This document shows positions 22,461 to 33,000 of a stretch of 64,000 nucleotides of DNA, in pieces. Position 1 is the stretch's first letter, and every line of letters starts with the position of its first letter. Origin of the DNA: an uncultured Bacteroidota bacterium (GTDB lineage: Bacteria > Bacteroidota > Rhodothermia > Balneolales > HLUCCA01); contig CAMTWZ010000002.1 of assembly GCA_947085565.1 (NCBI GenBank), forward strand, positions 3,921-67,920, written 5' to 3'. The notes beneath the pieces are model-generated. The model did not search any database. It had not been told where the DNA came from and saw nothing but the letters and a program-made list of their open reading frames with translations. The translations under genes were made by a program, and so were the position numbers.

Positions 22461-22497
22461 AAAAAAAAAGCACCAAGCTTTCGCCCGGTGCTTTTTA
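22461..22497. terminator. Intrinsic terminator-like hairpin
   Basis: A9-gcacc-aagctttcgccc-ggtgc-ttttt. Confidence 0.6.
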
Positions 22498-22516
22498 ATA
22501 GTTGTACCGACGACTG

Positions 22517-22660
22517 TTAGTTAGCAGTGGTGGTGTCAGCTACGGTGGTGTCAACTACAGCAGTAGTATCAACAACTGCAGGAGCTTCGGTAGCAGGCGC
22601 TTCTTGGGAAGAGCACGCTACGCCGGCAACCACGAACAAGGCAAGGAGGATGGAGCGCAT
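22517..22660 (-). CDS. Small lipoprotein (47 aa) with VDTT repeats
   Basis: MRSILLALFVVAGVAC lipobox and acidic low-complexity tail. Confidence 0.7.
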   Translation of the reverse strand: MRSILLALFVVAGVACSSQEAPATEAPAVVDTTAVVDTTVADTTTAN

Positions 22661-22819
22661 ACGATTGGTTTGGTTTAGGATATGCTCCCGACAACGTTTC
22701 ATCGGAAGTGGACAAATTTACGACTATTTGCAAGCGATAGTCAATGATCATCTATTGTTTCTTAATGCTTTATGGAAGCGGTTTTCCAACCATCCCGTGA
22801 ATCTCCGTACCTTGCGCCC

Positions 22820-23581
22820 ATGAAATCATTCCGCACCCCTCTCTTTTTTTTGATGGTCCTGTTGGCGTCGACCTCATCTCTATCCGCCCAAGACGCCGAT
22901 GCCACCCGACTTTTCAAGGATATCGAATCCAAATCCAACGCCATCACCTATGAATCGGGTCGGGTGGTGATGACCATCTTCGACGCCCGCGGTCGTTCCC
23001 GCGTTCGCGAGATCGATTCCTGGAGCTATACCAAAGCTTCAGAATCTAAAGTATTGGTGAGGTTCCAGTCTCCGGCCGATGTGAAAGGCACTGCTCTGCT
23101 CACGCTTCAAGAGGGAGGAAGGGATTCCCAAAAACTGTACCTGCCATCGGTCGGACGCATCCAAACCGTTGGTTCGGCCCAGCTTTCGGATCGCTTCATG
23201 GGTTCCGATTTCCTATTCGATGATCTTCGTCCGGTCAGTTATGCCGATTTCAAGTTCGAAACGAAGGAGAAATCCGCCACGCGATGGCTTGTACGCGGCA
23301 CTCCGTCCACTTCCCGCACGTTCTCCTATGCCGATTATGTGGTTGATCCAGTCCGTTTGGTGCTGCTGGAAGCCACCTATTACAACGCCCAAGGCAAAGC
23401 CACCCGCAAACTCACGGTTTCGGAATTCAAAGAAGTGGTGAGCGGCGTGTGGCGCGGAAACACGCTGGTGATGCAAGATCTCATCGCGAATCGCCGCACG
23501 GAGCTGAAATGGTCCAACCGGGTGGTCGATAAGACCATTCCGGCATCGATGTTCACCGAACGCGAACTTACGAGGTTTTGA
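22820..23581 (+). CDS. Outer membrane lipoprotein-sorting (LolA-like) protein
   Basis: Signal peptide, FQSPADVKGTALL, LYLPS, FMGSDF. Confidence 0.85.
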   Translation: MKSFRTPLFFLMVLLASTSSLSAQDADATRLFKDIESKSNAITYESGRVVMTIFDARGRSRVREIDSWSYTKASESKVLVRFQSPADVKGTALLTLQEGGRDSQKLYLPSVGRIQTVGSAQLSDRFMGSDFLFDDLRPVSYADFKFETKEKSATRWLVRGTPSTSRTFSYADYVVDPVRLVLLEATYYNAQGKATRKLTVSEFKEVVSGVWRGNTLVMQDLIANRRTELKWSNRVVDKTIPASMFTERELTRF

Positions 23582-24542
23582 CGGGCCGCCAGGTCAGCAC
23601 CGGGATGTCCGTGGCATGAATCACGCGTTCGGTCGTCGATCCCAGGAAGAGGTGGTTCAGTCCGCTGCGACCGTGCGTGGTCATCACAATCATGTCGGCA
23701 TGTTCGTTGGCATACTCGGTCACTTCGTAATGGGCGGAAAGTCCTTTGGTGACTTTCACACGGATGGGGACTCTTCGCTCCTCCCCGCTTTTGGATAGAA
23801 CCAGATGCGAATGAGGCAGGCCTTCTTCGAAACGGATGTTCAGTTCGGGATGCCGGTCCAGCCAATTCGAGATCCGCTTGGTCAGATTCTCACGGATGCT
23901 TTCCAATTCATCGCGTCCGGCCAAACGGGGTTCATTTTCCGAAAGGCTTCCATACAGTTCCACGACGTGGAAAACCACGATTTCAGCGGAAAGGGAATCG
24001 GCCATCGACATGGCGCCTCGAAGGGCATGGAAGGAGGTTTCCGAATAATCGCTGGGCACCAGAATCAGATTCACATCGCCTGGAACGGCGTTTTTCGGGA
24101 TGGATAAGACCGGCGTGGATGCGATCCGGGTCACTTTTTCGGTGGTGGAACCGGTGAAACTCATATGGTTGCCCGTTCCGGTGGCACCCATCACGATCAC
24201 GTCGGCTTGCCGCTTTTCCGCTTCACGGGCGATGCAATCCGATGCCTTGAAATCCACTTTCACAATCACATCCCCTTGGTGGTTGGTGAGGATGTGGTGG
24301 GTCATGTCATCACGCAGTCGCGTCTGGGTTTCGGTAAGCAGATGCGGATAGATGTCTTTGTCCATGTTGATGGGCAGTCCCATCCGCGAAATGCTGTCGT
24401 TGAGATATCGGAACGACGGAATGACGTGGAGCAGGTCGATTTTGCCACCGTATTTGGAAGCCAGCGCATTGGCGAAAGGGTACGCCGCGCGTGAGTCTTC
24501 AGAGAAATCAGTGGCGACAAGGATGCGGTTCAGATGCAGCAT
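23568..24542 (-). CDS. Universal stress protein (two USP domains)
   Basis: ILVATDFS, HGRSGL...LGSTTERVI...PVL. Confidence 0.92.
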   Translation of the reverse strand: MLHLNRILVATDFSEDSRAAYPFANALASKYGGKIDLLHVIPSFRYLNDSISRMGLPINMDKDIYPHLLTETQTRLRDDMTHHILTNHQGDVIVKVDFKASDCIAREAEKRQADVIVMGATGTGNHMSFTGSTTEKVTRIASTPVLSIPKNAVPGDVNLILVPSDYSETSFHALRGAMSMADSLSAEIVVFHVVELYGSLSENEPRLAGRDELESIRENLTKRISNWLDRHPELNIRFEEGLPHSHLVLSKSGEERRVPIRVKVTKGLSAHYEVTEYANEHADMIVMTTHGRSGLNHLFLGSTTERVIHATDIPVLTWRPVKTS

Positions 24543-24604
24543 GGGTACCTCGGGAGGGATGATGTCTATAGGATAGTGTATCGCTTTATCCGCCCTTGCG
24601 CAAC

Positions 24605-26536
24605 TTACTTCAGATGCGTGTCGAACCAGCCCATCATCCGCAGATGGTAATCATAACGGGCTGTGGCGTTGCGGTTTCCGTGGCCTTCACCCGGATACAG
24701 CACCAGCTCAACAGGAAGCTTCGGTTTGCGCACTTTCAGGTGGCGGAAGAGTTCCAATGACTGACCCGGATGCACCCGCGTATCCTCCTTTCCATGAAGA
24801 ATCAGCAGCGGCGTGCGTGAGCGGTCCACATAATAGATCGGGCTGCGTTTGAGGTTGTCTTCCCAATTCTCCCAGAGGCGTTTGCGAGAATGAACCAGGT
24901 AAAGCTCTTCAGGGATGTCGCTCGTACCCCATTTGGAGATGTTGTTGCTGATTCCGACCGACATCACGCCCGCGGCGAAGCGATGCGAATAATAGGTGCT
25001 CATCCATGCGGTGGCGTATCCGCCGTAGGATCCTCCAGTGACGCCCACCCGGGCGCTGTCCACCAATCCGATTCGGATGAGATGGTCCACGCCATCCACG
25101 ATGTCATCGAATTCCTTGCCGGAGAGGTCGCCCTGCGAAGAAAACACAAACTCGATGCCGCGACCGGTGCTTCCGCGGTAGTTCGGATAGAAGACGGCGT
25201 ATCCGCGGGCCGCGGCGTACTGTCCGGGGTTGTTGTGGCCGGTCACCCAGCCGTTCGAGACGTGGGCTTCGGGTCCGCCGTGCACCACTGTGATCAGCGG
25301 ATAGCGTTTACCTGCGGTTTCGCCCGCCGGACGGATGAGGATGCCGGAAATGCTGCGTCCGTCGCGCGCGGCGTAGGTCACGACTTCCTGTTTGGCCATC
25401 GGGATGTCCTTGAGCCAAGGGTTGGAGTCGGTGAGGCGGCGGAGGGTGGTGCCGCGGAGCACATAGACCTCGTTCGGATGCGCCGAGGTGTTGGCCACGA
25501 AGGCGACCGTTCCGCTGGTGGAGGCGGAGAAGGAGGCGAAGATCGGTCCGCCGACCGGCAGCACTCGGGTGAAGTTGGATCCGTCGGGACGCACCGTTAC
25601 GAAGCTGGTTTCCCCGTTCTCGCTGGTGATGGCGTGGATGGTGGTGGCGCCGGTCCACGAGATGGCTTCGAAATCGCCGAGGAACTCGGGAAGCAAGGTT
25701 TTTGGCGCCGATTGGTTGCGCACGGGTACCACGCGAAGGCGGGCATCGCTCGGATCGTTGATGTTGTGTGCGCCGCGGATGGCCAGTGATTTGCCATCGG
25801 GACTGAATTGGATCGCAGAGAGTTTTCCGCGATGCAGGAGCGTGTCGGTCACGGTTTTCGTGCTGTGGGAAACGATGTAGATGGTTTGGGCCATGAGTTG
25901 GTCGTCGACAGTGGGGGTAGGGGCGACGGAAACAGCGATGGAGAGCACATCGGGACTCCAAGAGGTGAGCGTCACCGAGCCGGGAATGTCGATCAAGTGC
26001 GGTGTGTGGCCGACTTGGGTGACATTCTGAACATAGGCTTTGCGATGAGGGACGAACTGCTCGAAGAGCTCGGGCTGATAGGGCAGGTCGGATTTCGGTC
26101 GAGAACTGGGTTCATTGGCCACATAGACGATGTGGGAGCCGTCGGAGGCCCAAGAGTAGGATTGAATGGATGTGGGATGGGAGTGGAGGAGTTTGGGAGT
26201 TCCGCCGGAGGAGGGGATTTCGTAGAGTTGGGAGCCGGAGTCGCCGGGGCGTCGGGAAAGGAAGGTGATGGTTTGGGAGCGGGGCCGGATGGAGACTGCG
26301 GCGACGGAGGCGTCGGTCACGAGAGGTTGCGAGACCCCGGTGGCGGGAGAGGCTACGTACAGGTGGGTGGAGCTGGGGAGATTATGGGTGAGCGGGTTGG
26401 CGGGAACGGAGAGCGTATAGGCGAGGAAGGAGGCGTCGGGGGCGATGGCCACGGACGTGACCGAGCGCAGCGAGGCGAGGAGTTCCGGAGTGAAGCCCTG
26501 GAGCAGGAGAGGGAAGAGGAGGATGAGGAGATTCAT
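24605..26536 (-). CDS. S9 family peptidase (acylaminoacyl/prolyl oligopeptidase)
   Basis: HGGP, NYRGSTG, GGSYGG, HGKEDTRV, EGHG. Confidence 0.92.
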   Translation of the reverse strand: MNLLILLFPLLLQGFTPELLASLRSVTSVAIAPDASFLAYTLSVPANPLTHNLPSSTHLYVASPATGVSQPLVTDASVAAVSIRPRSQTITFLSRRPGDSGSQLYEIPSSGGTPKLLHSHPTSIQSYSWASDGSHIVYVANEPSSRPKSDLPYQPELFEQFVPHRKAYVQNVTQVGHTPHLIDIPGSVTLTSWSPDVLSIAVSVAPTPTVDDQLMAQTIYIVSHSTKTVTDTLLHRGKLSAIQFSPDGKSLAIRGAHNINDPSDARLRVVPVRNQSAPKTLLPEFLGDFEAISWTGATTIHAITSENGETSFVTVRPDGSNFTRVLPVGGPIFASFSASTSGTVAFVANTSAHPNEVYVLRGTTLRRLTDSNPWLKDIPMAKQEVVTYAARDGRSISGILIRPAGETAGKRYPLITVVHGGPEAHVSNGWVTGHNNPGQYAAARGYAVFYPNYRGSTGRGIEFVFSSQGDLSGKEFDDIVDGVDHLIRIGLVDSARVGVTGGSYGGYATAWMSTYYSHRFAAGVMSVGISNNISKWGTSDIPEELYLVHSRKRLWENWEDNLKRSPIYYVDRSRTPLLILHGKEDTRVHPGQSLELFRHLKVRKPKLPVELVLYPGEGHGNRNATARYDYHLRMMGWFDTHLK

Positions 26537-26561
26537 GCGATGAGTTAGTTAGTAAGTTGTA

Positions 26562-27469
26562 CTGTCCGCAAGTTGTTCTAAACACCCAACATACCTCATT
26601 CCGATCACCTGGGCAAGGTTTTTTCGCTTCGATTTGATGAAATCACGCACAGATTCCACAGATTTTTTTAGGAACGATTCCCTTTGGTTTTTGCCCGGCG
26701 AAGTGGCATACTCAAAGTGGCCGGGCAGCCTATCATCAACCCCCTAATCCCCCCCCCCTAAAAATGAAAGCCCTTTTGATTCCAAACACTATTTTTCATG
26801 TGTACACCCATGCCGTCGGATCCGACAATCTTTTCCGCGATCCGGATGATTACATCCGGTTTCTGACCACGCTTCCTTACCATACCCGCTATTTTTGCGA
26901 TATTCAGGCCTACTGCCTGATGCCCAATCATTTTCATCTGTTAATCCGGATCTGCAGCAAATCGGAGTTGCTTGAAAGGGCTCTTTTCGAAGATGTGAAG
27001 CGTATCAATCGCATTGATAAGACACGGTTTATGACTGATGAAGAGCTGGGCCGTTTCCTGTCTGGATGTTTGGGTCGCGCCTTCAGTTCGCATTCCCAGT
27101 ATGTGAATAAGCGATATGAACGGATGGGGAATCTCTTCATCTCGAATTTCAAGCGGAAAGTGATCACCGATGAAGAGTATCACAGAAATGTGGTGAAGTA
27201 CATCCATATGAATCCGGTAAATCATGGATTCGAAGTGTCGCCGCTGAACTGGGCGTTCAGTTCGTATTCCTACATGAGATTCATGCCGGAAAAACATCGT
27301 GAGGATGATGATATCCTTCGACTTTTCGGCGGACATTCTTCCTTCATCGCCGCCCACGAGGATTTTAAATCCGGAGCTGGATTTTCACCGGATTACAACA
27401 ACAAACCCATCAAGAAAAAAGACAACGAAGAGGATGCTAACGAATGAGTTAAGGGCAACTTGCGGACAG
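26562..27469 (+). mobile_element. Y1 tyrosine transposase cassette bounded by 14-bp inverted repeats
   Basis: ctgtccgcaagttg at 26562-26575 and caacttgcggacag at 27456-27469. Confidence 0.7.
26764..27447 (+). CDS. REP-associated tyrosine transposase (RAYT, IS200-like HUH)
   Basis: AYCLMPNHFHLL (HUH), RMGNLF, YIHMNPV, WAFSSY. Confidence 0.9.
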   Translation: MKALLIPNTIFHVYTHAVGSDNLFRDPDDYIRFLTTLPYHTRYFCDIQAYCLMPNHFHLLIRICSKSELLERALFEDVKRINRIDKTRFMTDEELGRFLSGCLGRAFSSHSQYVNKRYERMGNLFISNFKRKVITDEEYHRNVVKYIHMNPVNHGFEVSPLNWAFSSYSYMRFMPEKHREDDDILRLFGGHSSFIAAHEDFKSGAGFSPDYNNKPIKKKDNEEDANE

Positions 27470-27515
27470 CATCTCCCATTCCCATATATTCCCGTACTCT
27501 TAGTCTTCTATTGCC

Positions 27516-29645
27516 ATGTTCGCACTTCTTCTGCTGCTCTCGCTAAGCGTTCCGCCGCCGTTCGTCGTTTCCGACTCCCTGTTCAATCCCACAACGGGAT
27601 TGATTTTTCTTTCCGCTCGTGACGGATGGACCTACACCCCCGGCGACAACCCAGCCTATGCCGAACCGGATTTCGATGATTCGGCTTGGTTCCGGACCTC
27701 TCCCGCGCAAATCCTCCTAAACGCCGACGCTCCCGACTCGCTCCGCTGGTCGGGCATCGGCTGGTTCCGGTTCCGCTTCACCATCGATTCCACTCTCACA
27801 AACATCCCGCTGATGTGGCGAGTGGGCACCTGGGGCGGACTCACCCTCTTCATCGATGGCGTCGAGCAAGGTTCTTGGGGTCGTCCCAGCGCCGATCCCG
27901 ATTCCGTGATTCACGACCATCCGCTGAATCAGCTACCGCGACCCGGACCTACCCACCTCGAGGTGGGCCGCACCTACACCATGGCAGTTCGGTACGCCAA
28001 TATCCAAGAACCGGCGACGTTCAAGTGGATCAACTCGCCCACCGAGATCGATCCGCTCATCCGCCTTGCCAAACCCCAGTATGCTCAGTACATCTTAGAC
28101 ATTTCGCGCGTCAATTTGTATCAGAACATCACCTGGATCGCGGTGTTGTCGCTGCTGACGCTGGTCTTTCTCTTCTTCTGGATGCTGAACCGCTCGAACA
28201 AGCTCGTGGGTAGCACCCTGGTGTTCACCATCCTTCTTACTATCGCACAACTGGGCAACAGCTTGCCGGGCATCCTTCAACTCGAGCATATCCGATTCAC
28301 CCTCATTCAGCTGTTGTTCACGTTTGGGATTGGCTTTGCAGTACCGGTCATGATCATCATGATGCACCATGTGGTCGGGAAGCGTCCGCCGAAACTGGTC
28401 TATGGTCTCATGCTGTTCTACATCGGCCTCACAGCCTACGCTTTCCAAACCAACGACGCCCAATTCGGATTGATCGCCTACATCGCGTTGGCGGGCCTCC
28501 TCGTGTTGTGGAGGGTGATTCGCGATTGGGCGCAGATCAAGCGGGAAGGATGGGTGATCCTCGTGTCCATCATGATGGTGGTCGCCTCCATGCTCACGGT
28601 GTTGCTGGCGGAGAACACTGAATGGTACCAGCAAAATGTGTATGTGCCGTTCACAGTGGTTTCATTCATTTATTTGAGCATTCCGATCGGGATGCTCATC
28701 CACATCATCCTGAATTACACGCGGCTGAATAATGAGCGTAATCAGAAATTGGAGAAGGAAGTGGCCGAAGCCACCGCCCATCTCAAGCAGACCATGGCCC
28801 AGCTCGTGCAGCAGGAGAAGCTCGCCTCCCTCGGTCAGCTCACCGCCGGCATCGCGCACGAGATCAAGAACCCGCTTAACTTCGTGAACAATTTTGCCTC
28901 AGTGAGCCGGGAGTTAGTGTCGGAAGCGAAAGAAGAAGCGGATCGTCTTGTTTCAACATTCAACATTCAACCTTCAACATTGGGTGAGACACTCGGCGAT
29001 ATCGACCAGAATCTGCAAAAGATCGTCGAACACGGCACCCGCGCCGACAAGATCGTCAAGTCCATGCTGATGCATTCTCGCGGCGGAAGCGGCAAGAAAG
29101 AGCCTACCGATCTGAACGCCCTGCTTCGCGAGTACGGAAACTTGGCGTTCCACGGAATGCGCGCCGGAAAAAACCCCATCACGGTCGACATCCGCTACGA
29201 ACTGGACGAATCGGTGGGGAAAGTCCCTCTCGTGGCTGAAGACTTCTCCCGCGTGATCCTGAATCTGTGCAACAATGCCTTCGACGCCCTTCGGGAAAGC
29301 GCGATGCGCGATGTGCGAGGTAAAGAGCCTGCCCTGAGCGAAGCGAAGGGTGCGATGTCAGACTCCCCCAATTCAACATTCAACATTCAACCTTCAACAT
29401 TAATCCTGAGAACCAAGCGCACCCCAAGCGCGATCGTCATCGAAGTGGAGGACAACGGTCCCGGCATCCCCGACGAGATCAAAGCCCGCATTCTGGAGCC
29501 GTTTTTCACCACGAAGAAAGGCACGGAGGGCACCGGTTTGGGATTGAGCATCAGTATGGATATTATTACCGCACACGGAGGGTCGTTACGCATCGAAAAA
29601 GCGTCTCCTGGGGCCATTTTTTCAGTTTGTTTGCAATCTAAGTAA
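27516..29645 (+). CDS. Membrane sensor histidine kinase (jelly-roll-like domain, about 7 TM, HisKA, HATPase)
   Basis: PDFDDSAW, GIGWFR, AHEIKNPLNF, DNGPGI, GTGLGL. Confidence 0.9.
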   Translation: MFALLLLLSLSVPPPFVVSDSLFNPTTGLIFLSARDGWTYTPGDNPAYAEPDFDDSAWFRTSPAQILLNADAPDSLRWSGIGWFRFRFTIDSTLTNIPLMWRVGTWGGLTLFIDGVEQGSWGRPSADPDSVIHDHPLNQLPRPGPTHLEVGRTYTMAVRYANIQEPATFKWINSPTEIDPLIRLAKPQYAQYILDISRVNLYQNITWIAVLSLLTLVFLFFWMLNRSNKLVGSTLVFTILLTIAQLGNSLPGILQLEHIRFTLIQLLFTFGIGFAVPVMIIMMHHVVGKRPPKLVYGLMLFYIGLTAYAFQTNDAQFGLIAYIALAGLLVLWRVIRDWAQIKREGWVILVSIMMVVASMLTVLLAENTEWYQQNVYVPFTVVSFIYLSIPIGMLIHIILNYTRLNNERNQKLEKEVAEATAHLKQTMAQLVQQEKLASLGQLTAGIAHEIKNPLNFVNNFASVSRELVSEAKEEADRLVSTFNIQPSTLGETLGDIDQNLQKIVEHGTRADKIVKSMLMHSRGGSGKKEPTDLNALLREYGNLAFHGMRAGKNPITVDIRYELDESVGKVPLVAEDFSRVILNLCNNAFDALRESAMRDVRGKEPALSEAKGAMSDSPNSTFNIQPSTLILRTKRTPSAIVIEVEDNGPGIPDEIKARILEPFFTTKKGTEGTGLGLSISMDIITAHGGSLRIEKASPGAIFSVCLQSK

Positions 29646-29656
29646 GTACCGAAGGT

Positions 29657-30043
29657 ATGCTAAAGTTTCTGGTCGTCGATGACGAAGTGGATGTGGAAAT
29701 GCTGTTCCGCCAACATTTCCGCAAGGAGATCCGCAGTGGGGAATTGGTTTTGGAATTCGCCTTTTCTGGAGATGAGGCGCTTCAGATGCTACGCAACACG
29801 GATCCACCCGATGTGATGTACATTTTTTCCGACATCAACATGCCCGGTATGACCGGCATCGAATTGCTGGAGCGTGTGAAGGTAGAGTTCCCGTCAATCC
29901 ATGTGAGCATGATCTCCGCGTACGGGGACGAAGACAACATGCGTAGCGCCATGACCTCCGGAGCGAAGGAGTTTTTCACAAAACCCATCGATTTCGAAAA
30001 GCTGAAAGAGGAGATTCGTCAGTTTTCCGATAAGGAGGAGTGA
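29657..30043 (+). CDS. Single-domain response regulator
   Basis: VVDDE, SDINMP, FTKP. Confidence 0.93.
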   Translation: MLKFLVVDDEVDVEMLFRQHFRKEIRSGELVLEFAFSGDEALQMLRNTDPPDVMYIFSDINMPGMTGIELLERVKVEFPSIHVSMISAYGDEDNMRSAMTSGAKEFFTKPIDFEKLKEEIRQFSDKEE

Positions 30044-33000
30044 TGGCACGTAATGTAGTGGAGCTCGCAGCTTTGCTCGCTCAACGGGAAGCGGAGCTGG
30101 CTGTGATAGGAAGCGTGCAGGAAGCCTTGGCCGCGAAGCGGGAACTTTCTGAAATCTATACATTGGTTGGCGATCAGATCCGCGACCTGTTCGCTTCACC
30201 TGCCGCAGGAATCTATACCTTCGATCTGGAGACCGATACCGAGCATTTCCAATATCTGTTCGAAGATGGAGAGCGGGTTTATCCGCAACCGCGACCGTTG
30301 AACAAGCTCCGCAAATGGATCATCGCCAATAAATCGATCCTTCATGTGAATGAGAACGCGGCCGAAGAGATTCTGCGAATCACCGGTGATCCGCTCTCCT
30401 CCGTACCCGGAACCAGGCTGCCCAAATCCCTTCTCTTCGTTCCTCTCATTGTCGACAATGAGGTTCGCGGATGTGTGAGTCTGCAGAATCTCGACGAGGA
30501 GAATGCCTACAGCGAGTCGGATGTGCGCCTGCTCAGCACCCTGGTCAACAGCATGAACGTGGCATTGGAGAGCGCGAGGAATTTCAGCGAATCGGCTCGT
30601 CTATTGGCCGAGACCGTACAGCGCAACGCCGAGTTGGCTGTGATCAACAGCGTTCAGCGTGGCTTGGCCGATCAGATGGATCTGCAAGCGATCTATGATT
30701 TGGTGGGAGAGAAGATCCGTGATCTGTTCGATGCCCAGGTGGTGGTTGTCGCCACCTTCGATCATGAACATCAGTCAGAAATCTTCAAGTACACGTTTGA
30801 AGAAGGCCGCCGCCACTATCCGTCTCCACGTCGGCTCGACAAGATCCGTCAGCGCCTCATCAAGACTCAGAAAATGATTCTGATCAATGAGAATTCTTCG
30901 GAAGCGTATACGACCATCACGGGCGAAGCTCCGAAATCACTGCCCGGAACGCAGTTCCCCAAATCGATGATCTTTGTTCCTCTCTCCATCGGCAGCCATG
31001 TCCGGGGTTATGTGAGTCTTCAGAATCTGGATAAGGAAAACGCCTTCAGTGAATCGGATGTGCGCCTGCTCAATACCCTTGCCAATTCGATGAGCGTGGC
31101 CTTGGAGAATGCGCGCCTGTTCAATGAGACCGAACAACGCAATGCGGAGTTGGCGGTGATTAACAGCGTTCAAGACGGATTGGTCGCGGAAATGGACATG
31201 CAAGGCATTTACGAACTGGTTGGTGAGCGCATCCGAACTCTGTTCGATTCGCAGGTCACTGGAATCGTATCCTTCCTTCACGACGAGAAAAAAGAGCATT
31301 TCAATTATTACTTCGAAGACGGCGATAGGCTTTATCCGAGCGACCGCCTCTACGACAACTTGCGTCAAAAACTGATTGATGAGCGGGCGATTCAGCTTTT
31401 CAATGAGAACACGATGGAATTGGTTTCAAAGATCAATCATCAGCCGTTCAAAGCCATTCCTGGAACTCGGGTTCCTCAATCGGTTCTTTTGGTGCCGATG
31501 ATCGCTGGCGATCAGGTTCGTGGTTATGTCACGCTGCAAAACCTGGATCGTGAGCATGCCTTCAGTGAATCGGATGTGCGTTTGCTCAGCATGTTGACCA
31601 ACTCGATGAGTGTCGCCCTCGAGAATGCCCGCTTGTTCAACGAGACGGAGCAGCGAAACGCCGAGTTGGCGGTGATCAACAGTGTGCAAGATGGACTCGT
31701 GGCGGCCATGGACATGCAAGGCATCTACGAACTCGTTGGCGAACGCATCAGAGGCCTTTTCGACGCCCAAGTGACTGGGATTTACACATTTGACACATCT
31801 CGCGGACTCGAAATCTTTCAATACCTCTTCGAAGATGGCGAGAGATTGTATCCGGATCATCGCCCATTGAATCAGATCCGTCATTGGCTCATCAAGAATA
31901 AAACCATTCTGAATATCTCCGAGAATGCGGATGAGACGGTGGAAAAAATCACGGGCGAGCGTCACCTTCCTATTCCGGGCACTCGGCTTCCGAAATCATT
32001 GGTGTTCGTTCCGCTCATCGTGAATGATGAGGTGCGGGGATGTGTGACTCTGCAGAATCTGGATCGGGAGAACGCCTTCAGCGAGTCGGATGTGCGCCTG
32101 CTCAACACGTTAGCCACAACCATGAGCGTGGCCTTGGAAAACGCTCGGTTGTTCAGTGAAACGACCCGTTTGTTGGCCGAAACCGAGCAACGAAACGCCG
32201 AATTGGCCGTGATCAACAGCGTTCAGGACGGCCTGGTTCGAGAAATGGACATGCAAGCGATCTACGACCTGGTGGGCGAACGCATTTGCGACGTGCTGAA
32301 CACGCAAACCCTGATCATTCGCACGTTCAACCATCGGACCGGACTTGAGCATTGGCAATACGCCGTTGAAAAGGGGGTAAGAATTGAAGTGGATCCGCGT
32401 CCGCTGATCTGGGCGAACAAAATCCTCGTTGAAAAGAAAGATTTTTTGCTGATCAACGAGAAGTATGAGGAAACCGCCATCCGAATGCAGGGAACAGCAA
32501 TCACGAAAGGATTGGCGCCGAAATCCGCCATTTTCGTTCCGATGATCGTCGGGGATGTGGTGGTGGGCTCGGTGAGTCTCCAAAACGTGGAAAGAGAACA
32601 CGCCTTCAGCGAATCGGATGTGCGCTTGATCACCACGCTCACCAATTCGATGAGCGTTGCGTTGGAAAACGCCAGGTTGTTCGACGAGACGAACCGCTTG
32701 CTTCGCGAGACCAATCAGCGCGCCTCGGAATTGGATACCGTGAATCGGATCAGTAACGCGTTGGTCGCCCAGTTGGAATTCGATGCCCTTATCCATCTGG
32801 TCGGCGATATGATGCGCGACACGTTCAATGCGGATATCGTCTATCTGGCCATGCACGACAAGGAGGAGAACACGATCCACTTCCCCTATTATTTCGGGGA
32901 TGTGGGTAAATCACGTTTGTTTGGCAACGGCATCACTGAAAAAATCATCACAACCAAACTACCCATTTTGGTGAATGAGGACATTGACAAGGCGTATGAG

